This document shows positions 41,501-50,902 of a DNA stretch of 52,582 nucleotides, piece after piece. The stretch comes from Chitinivibrionales bacterium (GTDB lineage Bacteria; Fibrobacterota; Chitinivibrionia; Chitinivibrionales; JANQEN01). The position numbers and the translations under genes are program-made. How positions within the stretch are numbered: the stretch's first letter is position 1; each line of letters opens with the position of its first letter. The stretch covers positions 1-52,582 of the forward strand of contig JANQEN010000126.1 of the NCBI GenBank assembly GCA_028278335.1. The letters are read 5' to 3'. The notes beneath the pieces were generated by a model. It was not told where the DNA came from and searched no databases. It was given only the letters and a program-made list of their open reading frames with translations.

Positions 41501-42362
41501 TCTCTATTACATAGATGTTCTTGGTAATATTCATTTACATAATATTCTTCCAATGGACTTTGAGCATCGCCTAATTAATGTTGTCTACAAAGGGCGTCGA
41601 GGACTTGCTGCCTTAGAACTCATGCAAGAAGATGTTCGACAATTTTTTGAACATATGAGAACTATTCCCAATTCGGAAAGTTTTAGAATGCGTATGTGGG
41701 AAACATTGGGAAAGGCCTTTTTAGAGATCAATCGCTGGTATAGTGATAAAGAGGCTCATGCCAAACCAGTATCAGTAAAAAAATTTATTGACTGTGGCGG
41801 CCCAGCTGGATTCGGTGGCGAACTTATTGGTGCATCGGTCAAACAATTTGCCGACAGAAAATCTATGTTTCTCATGATCATTGGCCACAATGAACGTAAG
41901 AAATATGATGATCCTGACATGCCGGTTCCCTGGATTTATCTGTCTCCAGAAACAGATAGCGGCTTAGCAAACATCGACTATGAATTATCCCAAGGGTATA
42001 AAGACAGAGGTGCCTACCTCTCCTTTTTCCTCCGTGACAAGAAAGGAGAAATTACCGGTATTCGACAATGGGGGTTTCCATTGGCAGAAAAAGGTGCTGG
42101 GCAAAAACAGTCTCAGATTCGAAGAATTAAGGACATCACTCTTGAGGACATTAATGGGCTCGATGTAAAACAGATCGAGATGTTAAAGATGCTTAAAGAT
42201 GGGAAAAAGTTTATGACTTGGTACAGAAAAAAAGCCCTCAAAGAGATAGAGCGTCATCTCTCGCTTCTGGTGGAAGAGGCCGGAAAGGTTGGCCGGTTTG
42301 TCAAGGAAGAGAAGTTTTTAAAAATGCAAGTTGCCGTGTTTAAAAAACTGAGCGATAGTTAG
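38574..42362 (+). CDS. Large multidomain protein (1262 aa): methyltransferase-like motif region followed by a calcineurin-like metallophosphoesterase (PPP/lambda-phosphatase-type) motif set. Function unknown.
   Basis: Motif I-like IADFGCGFD (~aa 215). Metallophosphoesterase motifs QDLHGG, GMNDKYDRGED, GNHDFW (~aa 700-800). No P-loop or KxDG ligase motif found. N-terminal Cys cluster CCRC. Stop overlaps the helicase stop (TTAG). Confidence 0.55.
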   Translation: MNEKTCCRCIEYDKNPLSLIYPRHRNFVIHDFARSSEPLTESQNTEIVELLKRHDNSIRDKIDKRSFTREKLEVASVLEKNGFATISSTLRTAIACNAPAGLARAVNNFQIKYNVTIYALNTTIDTRPVILLLSKNNLNVSERKRSLLHEAFAISGNTHDFTCTVENDLLNQLHATDIEAPSRSTNLTTYTGRYKLLISELKNLLGRDRELTIADFGCGFDSEKFIPVSLLETKQALDPNGDRQLKFIAEDQIYPFYVLASEGDIPSLIFDDNGKLIAFKSTAGHLVDCQKQLKVSYRSHDVRKKERAFIIKNRALYEEVLQVKLDTLKEIRPEVKVELPKYKLIKDPLLNVIKEGVDFVYDSAFGISKKESIDVGIVYNVFLHYSAHEAHKFIKIMSPQIKEGGYLIVGEILDYGKESVKEEVMVFKKENGHLRRYEFIFWVKPGFDERPVVLSNCNACITPHQYEKLSNFFRTKEYYDSGEILGYETFNPRAVVEDLRRRLGIVALVHETDAVLIEFDSQGKLKKLPEHASSKEVPKLNVSIKAIRRWKERNRKRPIDDAYIRELKRITMDLYNHNRIYRLPIGQRMIFSRIVFNRKDFPVVNAAVSSIFRTLTAKDCSCKIDPKKTLPIIPPEAYHILANRLSVYEGQCSMEDNRTIRFLLNVIIFDFIRVGEKRVAELLWLIDEIEKELAEPGTGKLPVIIAMQDLHGGSRRALALIGHAMGLHKNIYHQVHNIDDLKLALEEQDINIRNMDIRFIGMNDKYDRGEDPSGVFGVVEWLRNLRKAKPFVGNHDFWRLISVLGVHLVPGVSKERNHGIGYWSEDAMKHAGWGTIELDQINEWRFNIELERVNTVLQVNDLEPFKKIDIGKFRASIDKEMKEIKKLNADIRRHNELHKDDPTYQRKEEHPLPNIFIQTLDYLRTQHVHTNTKIAILNEDKRLNIHPIEYREVNLENYREDPDIIARTLWELKNFRLYYIDVLGNIHLHNILPMDFEHRLINVVYKGRRGLAALELMQEDVRQFFEHMRTIPNSESFRMRMWETLGKAFLEINRWYSDKEAHAKPVSVKKFIDCGGPAGFGGELIGASVKQFADRKSMFLMIIGHNERKKYDDPDMPVPWIYLSPETDSGLANIDYELSQGYKDRGAYLSFFLRDKKGEITGIRQWGFPLAEKGAGQKQSQIRRIKDITLEDINGLDVKQIEMLKMLKDGKKFMTWYRKKALKEIERHLSLLVEEAGKVGRFVKEEKFLKMQVAVFKKLSDS

Positions 42363-45300
42363 TCAAAAAGGTTAAGCTGTACTTCTGTTGCAGCTTTCTT
42401 TCTTTTGTACTTTGATTCTTCAAGCTTTATGAGTTCTTGCTCTATTGATTCTAAAAAGGAACTTTTCTTCAATGCATGCTCCTGTCCAAAAAGAATTCGA
42501 CTTTTTGCATAGGTTAAGTAGAGGTTTGTTTTGGCTCGGGTCATACCAACGTACAATAGGCGTTTCTCCTCATCAATATTGCTGCGTTGACTTTTAAAAA
42601 GAGTGTAGGGAATCAAGCCTTCTTCACAACCGGCGATAAAAACAGTTGAAAATTCTAAACCCTTTGCAGCATGAATAGTCATGAGTGTCACCTGCTCTAA
42701 ATGTGGGCGGTAGCTATCAACACTATTTCCTAATTCTAAATGATTCAAAAAGTCTTCACAACTAGTTTCAAAACTTTGAGACCTTGAGATTAAATCTTCT
42801 ATCAACACAGTATTTTCTTTTGACGCATTTGGAAAGCATATCCTTTGGATCTCTTTAATTTTATCAGACACAGATTTCATACGTTTAATCTTAGCTTTAA
42901 TAGGAGCAAATTTTGAATACAGATCTGCATTACCCTTTGACAATATTTTCGTAAAAAAGGTGTCCTCTTTGTTGTGTGACGTCTTAAGCAAAGAAACAAT
43001 CGATTTGATAGGCTCTTTTTTCTGAAAAGGAAGATCCCCCACAGTCTGAAAAGGAATACTATGATCAAAAAAAGCCTTTTCTATGGCAGGCATCTGTCTG
43101 CTTATTCTACAAAGTACAGCAATGTCCGAAAGGCTTTCGACGCCTTGAGTCCTGTTTCCTTCTGTGATATTGCTATCCATAGAAAAGAATCGAAGTCCAC
43201 CCATCATCGCCTCAATTGACCTGGCAATATATTCAGCTTCACTCTTATCTGTATGTGAAGGTGCAATAATTATTTCGATTCCCCTTCCTGTTCCCTTTAA
43301 GAATTGTTGTTCCATAGATTGACTCTTGATAATTTGCCCCGATGCCTTAACAATTCTTTGGGTACAGCGGTAACTTTTCTCCAAACGATAGGTAATTGCT
43401 TTAGGAAAGTCCTTGGTAAAGGTATTTATAAAGGAGACATCAGCACCACGAAAGCCGTAAATTGCTTGATTTGGATCTCCAATAACGCAAATGTTGTTTT
43501 GGGTGTCCTGGACTAGTTGTCTAATAAGGTGGTATTGGGCATAGTTTATGTCTTGATACTCATCTATCATGATCCATGTATACCGATTTAGATATTCCTC
43601 TCTCACCTCTGGCGATTCCTTAAGAAGTCGCGCTGATTGATATATCAGATCATCAAGATCAAGGATGTTTTCTTTCTGTATCGTTTCTTCATAGCGTAAG
43701 ACGACCGATTGCACAGAGGGGTCTTTAATGGAGTCAACCATTTGCAGGTGCTGTTTCATGTGGGTGATTTCTTTTAAAGCCACTTCGGTTAAACCTTTAT
43801 TGTTTTCGCAGAGCGATGTAATAAGAGTCTGTTTTGTTTCATTGTCAATTAGTGAAAAAGGCCATGTCCTGTCAATAAGACGACACTTCTCTTTGAGCAA
43901 TGATAGCCCAAAGGCATGAAATGTACTGATTGTGAGGTGGGAGAGTTTTTTTGCATTTTTTAACACATCATCGATGCGACGTTTCATTTCTGATGCAGCT
44001 TTATTGGTAAAGGTCACCGCTAAAATGTTTTTTGGATTGACTGATTTGGACTTTATTAAATGAGCGATACGACAGGTTAGAACACGGGTTTTTCCTGTGC
44101 CCGGCCCTGCAAGGACAAGGGCCGGTCCTTGTCCATGTTGGGCAGCTTTCAATTGATTATCATTTAAGCCGTCCAAGATAGTTTTTTCTTTTTTAGATGG
44201 ATTGTTTTGCTTTGAAGAGATTTGTTCTTTTTTTTCGTCGACTTCAATAGCACGTAGCCGTCTATACTCGGATAGGTCAAAGTTGATAAGCTCTCTTTTA
44301 TTACTGTCCCGACTACCTGATGTAATGTCATCTGTAAACAGTGTGCTCTGGGAAGAAAAAGAGTCTAGGTCGCCTTTGTCAAAAACACGAATAACGCCAA
44401 ACTCTCCATCATATCCCTCTTGTATTAAAACTTCCCGATTCCTCATTCGACACACCGCTTCCGCAACCAAGGGTTCACCTTGTTGAGCGATTTCCTCAGT
44501 GGAAAGGTGAAGAAGAATATCAAACTCAGTACCATAGTTATTAATGAGAGAGAAATATTCTCTATTTATTCGTTTGGAATTAGGACCAACCCCACCATGA
44601 ATCTCTGATAATAACTCCTTTAGGGGAACGGTGGAGTAAAAGGGATGACGATTTTTTCGTTCGGTGATATCCTTGCGATCGGATAATTGAAGCACTCGAT
44701 TCATAACACCTATAGTGACCTCTTTTTCACAGACCGGGCACAGGTTACCATGACTCAACGATTCTACCGGGTTCCAGACAATGTTGCATTTCCGGTGACC
44801 ATCATAGTGATACTTTCCCTCCTGGGGAAAAAACTCGATGGTACCCAAGCAGAGATCTGGATCACCGCCCTTTAAAGCGTCGGTCAAAGCATAGTAGGAG
44901 AGATCCGTATTAAAAATGTTTGCCTCACGGCCTAACTTTTCCGGTGAATGGGCATCGGAATTGGAAATGAGAGCATAATTATCTAAGGAGCTGCAGGTCC
45001 AATTCATGGCAGGATCTGATGATAATCCGGTCTCCACAGCATAGATATGGCGGGCTAGATCATCATAACACTCTGCAATGGAGTCAAATCCAGATTTTGC
45101 ACCCAGAGCGGAGAACCAGGGTGTCCATATATGTGCTGGAATAAAGAAGATCTCTTCGGAAGCTTCCAATGCTATTTCAAGAAGGTTGCGTGAATCTAAT
45201 CCAAGAATTGGCCTACCATCGGAGGTAATATTTCCCCCAATGCCGGTTAGACTGTGTTGGATTTTTTCAACCGTTTCAAAATCTGGCGCAAGGATTACAT

Positions 45301-45628
45301 TATGCACCTTTCTTGTCTTGCCATTTTTTTTGTAGATTGAGCTAATTTCCGAGGACAAGATAAAACGGACCATTGAATGCTCGATCTCTTGGTTCTGAAG
45401 ATCACTATTATATATTGTATAGGAATCCTTCAATTTAAACAGTCCTGGCTCAGCAGGCTCCAATTTTTCTTTTAGCTCTGCTACCCACCCTGGATGAGTA
45501 AAGTCACCGGTGCCAACTACGGTGATTCCTTTAATTTTTGCCCAATAATCAAGATATTCTGGAACAAGCAATTTGCTTGTTGCAATGGAAAAGTGTGAGT
45601 GAATGTGCAAATCAGCTATGTATTTCAT
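42359..45628 (-). CDS. PHP-domain / UvrD-PcrA-family SF1 helicase fusion protein.
   Basis: 1089 aa. N-terminal PHP motifs (DLHIHSHFS...). CPVC zinc motif. Helicase motifs AGPGTGKT (Walker A), IDEYQD (motif II), VGMTRA (motif VI). Confidence 0.8.
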   Translation of the reverse strand: MKYIADLHIHSHFSIATSKLLVPEYLDYWAKIKGITVVGTGDFTHPGWVAELKEKLEPAEPGLFKLKDSYTIYNSDLQNQEIEHSMVRFILSSEISSIYKKNGKTRKVHNVILAPDFETVEKIQHSLTGIGGNITSDGRPILGLDSRNLLEIALEASEEIFFIPAHIWTPWFSALGAKSGFDSIAECYDDLARHIYAVETGLSSDPAMNWTCSSLDNYALISNSDAHSPEKLGREANIFNTDLSYYALTDALKGGDPDLCLGTIEFFPQEGKYHYDGHRKCNIVWNPVESLSHGNLCPVCEKEVTIGVMNRVLQLSDRKDITERKNRHPFYSTVPLKELLSEIHGGVGPNSKRINREYFSLINNYGTEFDILLHLSTEEIAQQGEPLVAEAVCRMRNREVLIQEGYDGEFGVIRVFDKGDLDSFSSQSTLFTDDITSGSRDSNKRELINFDLSEYRRLRAIEVDEKKEQISSKQNNPSKKEKTILDGLNDNQLKAAQHGQGPALVLAGPGTGKTRVLTCRIAHLIKSKSVNPKNILAVTFTNKAASEMKRRIDDVLKNAKKLSHLTISTFHAFGLSLLKEKCRLIDRTWPFSLIDNETKQTLITSLCENNKGLTEVALKEITHMKQHLQMVDSIKDPSVQSVVLRYEETIQKENILDLDDLIYQSARLLKESPEVREEYLNRYTWIMIDEYQDINYAQYHLIRQLVQDTQNNICVIGDPNQAIYGFRGADVSFINTFTKDFPKAITYRLEKSYRCTQRIVKASGQIIKSQSMEQQFLKGTGRGIEIIIAPSHTDKSEAEYIARSIEAMMGGLRFFSMDSNITEGNRTQGVESLSDIAVLCRISRQMPAIEKAFFDHSIPFQTVGDLPFQKKEPIKSIVSLLKTSHNKEDTFFTKILSKGNADLYSKFAPIKAKIKRMKSVSDKIKEIQRICFPNASKENTVLIEDLISRSQSFETSCEDFLNHLELGNSVDSYRPHLEQVTLMTIHAAKGLEFSTVFIAGCEEGLIPYTLFKSQRSNIDEEKRLLYVGMTRAKTNLYLTYAKSRILFGQEHALKKSSFLESIEQELIKLEESKYKRKKAATEVQLNLFD

Positions 45629-45746
45629 AATTAACTTTCTTAATTGTTTTAAATTTTTACTCCACCATAGATCGTATCAATATCAAAATGATCCAATGCA
45701 AAAATACAATTCCCAGGAGGTCCTCACATATACATTTCGCTTAATT

Positions 45747-45918
45747 TTAACCCAGATTATGCAGTAGGAGTAGATACAGAAGTGCAAGATTATGATTTAG
45801 TAAGACTTGAAGGTTTTGAAGGGCATATCTACAAGGTGATATGGCCGAAAGGCCTGAAAGTCTTAATGGGCATAGGATTGTGTTTCTGCGCTATTTCCTA
45901 TTGCATAATCTGGGTTAA
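45747..45918 (+). mobile_element. Complete MITE-like element (~172 bp) with ~23-bp terminal inverted repeats TTAACCCAGATTATGCA(G/A)TAGGA.
   Basis: Left TIR 45747-45769. Right TIR 45896-45918 (reverse complement). Internal sequence repeated at 1-118 (inverted) and 52475-52582 (direct). Flanked by TTAA. Confidence 0.75.
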
Positions 45919-46233
45919 AGGAAATGTAAAATGTTTTTGCTTTAAATTAAAAATTGAATTAAATATTGACAAAATCGAATGTAAAATATAAGCCCCATTT
46001 GCTACACTTTTTAGGGTTATTCTCGGGTTTTTTATTCTCCCACAGAATACAATATGTTGGTTTACTAAAATTAAACTAGCCAATATGGTGTGTAACAGCC
46101 TAAAAATGGACAAGTTAGAAATTAATAAAAAAAAAGTGATTTTTTTATTGTCATTTTTTGCAATTAATGTATAATAAATTTGATCATAAATTTGAAAATA
46201 TTGTTTATTTTTTTTCTAACATTTTGATACAAA

Positions 46234-47121
46234 ATGTACCCTTCATCAGAAAGGATGTATGACGTGATATCCACAGTCAGAAGTCATTCAAGCTCAGAAG
46301 AGAACTCCCTTTCAATCTACCTAAAAGAGATAGGAAAAAATGAAAAACTTTCACCTGCCGCAGAAGCTGAAGTGGCAGAAAAAATCCATACCGGTGATAA
46401 AAGAGCGTTAGACACACTGATTAAGGCAAATTTACGGTTTGTTGTGAGTGTTGCCAGAAACTATCAAAATCAAGGGCTACCGTTGACCGATTTGATCAAC
46501 GAGGGGAATCTTGGCCTTATTAGGGCGGCAAAGCGCTTTGATGAGAAGAAGAATTTTAAATTCATCTCCTATGCTGTTTGGTGGATTAGACAGGCAATTT
46601 TACAAACACTATCAGAACACTCAAGAATTATCAAACTACCTCTCAATCGGGTAAATACTATTCATAAAATTGGTAAAGCTCAAGGACGATTGGAGCAAAG
46701 ATTAAAGCGTCTACCAAACAACGAAGAGTTAGCCCAAGAGTTAAACATTCAGGAAAAAGACATTAATGAAACGATAAAAATTGGCAATAGCCATATCTCA
46801 CTAGATGCGCCCATGCTTGAAGACCAAGACTCAAAGTTATTGGATATTCTGATCGATAAGAATCAAGAGCAACCTGATGAGTGGGTAATGGATAATGCCT
46901 TTAAGCGAGATGTGGATAAAACGCTCAGTGTTTTAACTGAACGAGAGCGACAAGTTATAGAGATGTATTTTGGCATCGGGGATCAAAGCGTTCATACCTT
47001 GGAGGAGATTGGCAACCGATTTAGCCTAACCCGCGAACGGGCTCGGCAAATAAAAGAGAAAGCTATTAACAGACTTCGTTGCTCGATCAACTCTAAAACA
47101 CTAATGGCCTATCGCTCGTAA
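46234..47121 (+). CDS. RNA polymerase sigma-70 family factor (compact, regions 2-4; RpoS/RpoH/FliA-sized).
   Basis: 295 aa. Region 2 LIKANLRFVVSVARNYQ...GNLGLIRAAKRFD. 2.4 YAVWWIRQAI. Region 4 HTH LEEIGNRFSLTRERARQIKEKAINRLR. Confidence 0.8.
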   Translation: MYPSSERMYDVISTVRSHSSSEENSLSIYLKEIGKNEKLSPAAEAEVAEKIHTGDKRALDTLIKANLRFVVSVARNYQNQGLPLTDLINEGNLGLIRAAKRFDEKKNFKFISYAVWWIRQAILQTLSEHSRIIKLPLNRVNTIHKIGKAQGRLEQRLKRLPNNEELAQELNIQEKDINETIKIGNSHISLDAPMLEDQDSKLLDILIDKNQEQPDEWVMDNAFKRDVDKTLSVLTERERQVIEMYFGIGDQSVHTLEEIGNRFSLTRERARQIKEKAINRLRCSINSKTLMAYRS

Positions 47122-47179
47122 AAAGGTGCCCCCCATTGATCTGATTTCTCTTTATTAATCCCGAATATATTTTTTAAAA

Positions 47180-47210
47180 AGCTATTATAATTCAATAATA
47201 GCTTTTTTTA
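47180..47210 (+). terminator. Rho-independent terminator after the sigma factor gene.
   Basis: 9-bp stem agctattat/ataatagct with 6-nt loop, followed by T7. Confidence 0.6.
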
Positions 47211-47300
47211 TGTTTTGGCAGCAGAAGAAATTTTTGCCTAATTAACAGAGAAATTTATTTTACTATAAAAATATTTCATCCTTAAAGAGGATCACCTATT

Positions 47301-48032
47301 ATGGCTATGAGATCTGCAAACCCAGCACTGAACAAAAATACCTTTGCCAGTTTTAGTCATGCCGGAACACAGAGCACCACCATGACCATTGAAGGCACCG
47401 TCAATAAAACGGCAATTCTCCTTGCCTGCCTTATGGCATCGGCATATTACACCTGGACCCAGGCTGCCAACACTTCATGGTGGATGATAGGTGGCTTAGC
47501 AGGATTTGTTCTTGCCATTGTCACGGTTTTTAAAAAGCAGTGGGCTCCGGTCACCGCACCGATCTATGCCATATGCGAAGGACTCTTTTTAGGAGGATTG
47601 TCACTTATTTTTGAAACCCACTATAGAGGTATTGTCTTAAATGCCGTGATCCTAACCTTTGGAACACTTGCTGCGCTCTTGGTCGCCTATCGATCGGGGC
47701 TTATCAAAGTGACTGAAAACTTTAAGCTTGGCATTGTTGCTGCCACCGGAGCAATCTTTTTTCTCTATTTCGCTTCCTTTATAATGAGCTTTTTTGGTAT
47801 GTCGCTCACTTTTCTTCATAACAACTCATTATTAAGTATTGGGATCAGCTTTGTCATCGTAGTTGTTGCGGCCCTAAACCTTGTTTTGGATTTCGATTTT
47901 ATCGAACAGGGAGCCGCTTATGGTGCACCCAAATTTATGGAGTGGTATGGAGCCTTTGGGCTTATGGTTACGCTCATTTGGCTATACATTGAGATTTTGC
48001 ATCTTCTTTCAAAACTCCAAAGCAGAAGATAA
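47301..48032 (+). CDS. Seven-TM membrane protein, BI-1/YccA (Bax inhibitor-1-like) family candidate.
   Basis: 243 aa. Seven hydrophobic helices, length and N-terminal pattern typical of YccA/BI-1. No strict motif check possible. Confidence 0.4.
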   Translation: MAMRSANPALNKNTFASFSHAGTQSTTMTIEGTVNKTAILLACLMASAYYTWTQAANTSWWMIGGLAGFVLAIVTVFKKQWAPVTAPIYAICEGLFLGGLSLIFETHYRGIVLNAVILTFGTLAALLVAYRSGLIKVTENFKLGIVAATGAIFFLYFASFIMSFFGMSLTFLHNNSLLSIGISFVIVVVAALNLVLDFDFIEQGAAYGAPKFMEWYGAFGLMVTLIWLYIEILHLLSKLQSRR

Positions 48033-48064
48033 TCAACACAAACCCGGCACACTGGTTTTGTAAT

Positions 48065-48751
48065 ATGGTTCGAAATCGTTTTGTTTTTAAGATCCTGTGT
48101 CTAAAACTTTGGTTATTACTTTTGATTGTAAATCAATTATGTCTCTCAGAGGGGCTCGGGTGTGAACTGACCATAGCTCGCCTTCACTATGATGGCGGAG
48201 GTGATTGGTACGCCAATCCTTCCTCTTTGTCAAATTTGGTCCAGGCAGTGAAGAGGCGAACGAATATCTCTATCTGTGATTCCATTGCAACAGTCACGCT
48301 TTTGGATGACAATCTTTTTCGATTACCTTTTTTATACATGACCGGTCACGGTAATGTCCGGTTTTCACAATCAGAGCGATTACGACTACGCAAGTATTTG
48401 GAGCGAGGTGGCTTTTTATGGGTCGATGATAATTATGGAATGGACAAATCCTTTCGCCGTGAAGTTGCTGCACTCTTTCCAGAAAATCCACTGGTGCTTG
48501 TGCCTCTGTCACACCCAATCTATACAAGTAAATATACCTTAAAAAACCTTCCAAAAATCCACGAACATGATGGTAATCCAGCAGAGGGCCTTGGCATCTT
48601 CTTTGAAAACCGATTAGTACTTTTTTATTCCTACAGTTCTGATATTGGAGATGGAATGGAGGATTTGCATGTACACAATGATGGCGCACAATTACATGAG
48701 CTGGCATTAAAAATGGGTGTCAATATTGTGGTATGGTTTTTAAATCCCTAA
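48065..48751 (+). CDS. Secreted DUF4159-like protein.
   Basis: 228 aa. Signal peptide. Motif RLHYDGGGDWYANPSSLSNL characteristic of DUF4159. Confidence 0.45.
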   Translation: MVRNRFVFKILCLKLWLLLLIVNQLCLSEGLGCELTIARLHYDGGGDWYANPSSLSNLVQAVKRRTNISICDSIATVTLLDDNLFRLPFLYMTGHGNVRFSQSERLRLRKYLERGGFLWVDDNYGMDKSFRREVAALFPENPLVLVPLSHPIYTSKYTLKNLPKIHEHDGNPAEGLGIFFENRLVLFYSYSSDIGDGMEDLHVHNDGAQLHELALKMGVNIVVWFLNP

Positions 48752-49030
48752 CCCAATAATGAAAGATTAGTGTCTCAAAATGTTACACCTTTATTTGTTT
48801 GCTGACTAAATATTTCTACCTATTTGTTGAGTGTACCTAGGGTTACTTTTCTAAATATTTAAGGTTAAAAAGCAAATATTCACAAAAAATCCTTTTCTAA
48901 ATCAATACTTTATCGTATACTTCAACAGTAGGCTTGAATTGAATTACTTTACGAAACAGCACATGTTAATCTGCCTTTTTGAAAAGTATCGATCACACCG
49001 AAAAAGCAAGTACTGTATAGAAGGAGCGTT

Positions 49031-49636
49031 TTGTTGAATTATCGAACTTTGAACATCACCGAACAAGAAACGCAAGAAGATCCCTGGTCATTATTTGAGA
49101 AAAAATTGGAAGAGACTCTTACCAAATCAGAAAACTATATTGCTCTCCATTTAGTTGATAAAATGGGTGCGGGATTACCCCTTTTAGAATGGTTAGAGGG
49201 GTGGCATAAAAAATATATCAAAACAGGAAAGTACATCTATATTGTTCCTGCCAATGAGCAGCAATATGAATCATTAGAATTCTCGCCACCGGACAAAGAA
49301 TTTAACTATGTCTCCTCGGTTGAAGAGCTGGATGAGATATTTAATTCTATCCCAAAAAAAGAGGTAAAACAGGAAAAAAAGGAAGCACCACCAGTTCCAG
49401 AAAAGAAAACGTTAAGCCAGGAAATAGAAGCAACTTTTGCAGATGTCGAGTCAGAAGAAGAGACCGAAGTCGTCTATGTTTCTCCTGGTGATACTGTAGC
49501 CATTGCTGGGGAGTATTCCTGTCTGGGATGTGGATCTGTTAGAATGTGGATGAAGGGTAAAGAAATTACCACTTGTCAGAATCCGGAATGTTTTCATCCT
49601 GACAAGGGTTGGAAATTGGACTTCGATCTTTTTTAA
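49031..49636 (+). CDS. Hypothetical acidic protein with C-terminal CxxC...CxxC zinc-ribbon (start uncertain; TTG in ORF track).
   Basis: 201 aa. Glu/Lys-rich linker. CLGCGS...CQNPEC at the C-terminus. Confidence 0.4.
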   Translation: MLNYRTLNITEQETQEDPWSLFEKKLEETLTKSENYIALHLVDKMGAGLPLLEWLEGWHKKYIKTGKYIYIVPANEQQYESLEFSPPDKEFNYVSSVEELDEIFNSIPKKEVKQEKKEAPPVPEKKTLSQEIEATFADVESEEETEVVYVSPGDTVAIAGEYSCLGCGSVRMWMKGKEITTCQNPECFHPDKGWKLDFDLF

Positions 49637-49654
49637 AAGGTAATAAAGAGCTAT

Positions 49655-50560
49655 ATGAATTGGGGTGATAAGATTGTAATTTCTGTTGGCGGTGGTAAAG
49701 GCGGCATTGGAAAAAGTTGCTTTTCTGGAAACCTTGGCACAACGCTTGCCCAATCAGGAAAAAAAGTTGTACTTGTTGATGCTGATCTCGGTGCAGCTAA
49801 TTTACATACTATAACCGGTGTTTCATACCCACAAAAAACATTAAAAGATTTCATTAACAAAAAATATCGTCACCTGGAAGATGTCCTTTTAGAAACACCC
49901 TATCCAAATTTGAGGCTCTTAAGCTCTGCCAGTGATATTCTTTCGCTCTCCTCCCCAACCTATAAGGAACGTCAAAAGTTGATTTATGAGATACAGCGTT
50001 TGGATACTGACGTTATCATTTTTGACATCGCTGCGGGAACCCATCAACGAGCTATTGATTTTTTCACCCTTGCGCCTCTAGGTATTATTATCATTCAACC
50101 GGTATTAACCTCATTAGAAAATGCCTACTCCTTTCTTAAAAATTTACTTATTAGACATTTACTAAGGATATTTTTTAAGCACAAAGAGGTAAAATCACTT
50201 ATCCTTAAAGCCGGTGACCCTCGTAGTCCAGACAACCCTATGGAGCTGAATGATTTATTGAAAATACTCGAGGAAAAGGACCCAAAAAAGGTTCAGGAAT
50301 TCCGAAAACAATTTATTGATATTGGCAATAAGTTTTTTATTGTCTGTAATGGAATTAAATCGCCAAGCCAATCAATTATTTCCGAAAAATTCGCCAAGAT
50401 TGCAAAACGATATTTAACACTCAACATTACCGTATTAGGCAATTTGCCCTATGAAGTTGCAATGGATCGAGCGATTCAGGAGCGAACCCCCTTTGTGGTT
50501 AAAATTCCAAATAGTGGCTATGCTACAAATATGCGGGAGATTATTAAACGGTTTGTGTAA
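49655..50560 (+). CDS. MinD/ParA-family P-loop ATPase (FlhG/FleN/MinD-like).
   Basis: 301 aa. Deviant Walker A VGGGKGGIGKS. Walker A' and B (VVLVDADLGAANL, IIFDIAAG). Confidence 0.75.
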   Translation: MNWGDKIVISVGGGKGGIGKSCFSGNLGTTLAQSGKKVVLVDADLGAANLHTITGVSYPQKTLKDFINKKYRHLEDVLLETPYPNLRLLSSASDILSLSSPTYKERQKLIYEIQRLDTDVIIFDIAAGTHQRAIDFFTLAPLGIIIIQPVLTSLENAYSFLKNLLIRHLLRIFFKHKEVKSLILKAGDPRSPDNPMELNDLLKILEEKDPKKVQEFRKQFIDIGNKFFIVCNGIKSPSQSIISEKFAKIAKRYLTLNITVLGNLPYEVAMDRAIQERTPFVVKIPNSGYATNMREIIKRFV

Positions 50561-50596
50561 CCAACCACCTGTCAACAATCATACACCTAAGGTCTT

Positions 50597-50902
50597 ATGA
50601 GTCAAAACAATTTTGTTATTCAAGACATCGTAACACATGTGTATAAAGAGCAAGACTACCATCAGAAAAGAGTGTTAACAGGAACCATACGACGGTTACT
50701 AAAAAAGGTTTGGCTTTTCTGTGTCCTACTGGTACTTTCGGCGGGGATCGGCTATTTTGCGGTCTATTTACCCGACTCTATTCCAAAAAGTGAAAATGTA
50801 TTAGGGTCGCTTGATATGTTAAATAAAATGCCTAAGGACCTTAACAGCCTCTCCGACTCTCAAAAAAAAGAACTTTACAAAAAGCTAAAGGAATTACAAT
50901 AG
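50597..50902 (+). CDS. Small single-TM protein.
   Basis: 101 aa. One TM (WLFCVLLVLSAGIGYFAVYL). Abuts the TPR gene (stop at 50902, next start at 50903). Confidence 0.35.
   Translation: MSQNNFVIQDIVTHVYKEQDYHQKRVLTGTIRRLLKKVWLFCVLLVLSAGIGYFAVYLPDSIPKSENVLGSLDMLNKMPKDLNSLSDSQKKELYKKLKELQ

Noticed and set aside
40007-44875. Small ORFs within and antisense to the 1262-aa and PHP-UvrD genes.
   Set aside because: They are embedded in long ORFs with clear domain motifs. No support.
45782-45991. 69-aa GTG-initiated ORF inside the MITE. Three of four differences versus the 52.5 kb copy are third-codon-position changes.
   Set aside because: The ORF tail (…LCFCAISYCIIWVKGNVKCFCFKLKIEL…) is low-complexity and runs through the right TIR. 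With only 6 substitutions the synonymous pattern can be chance, so it is treated as non-coding MITE sequence.
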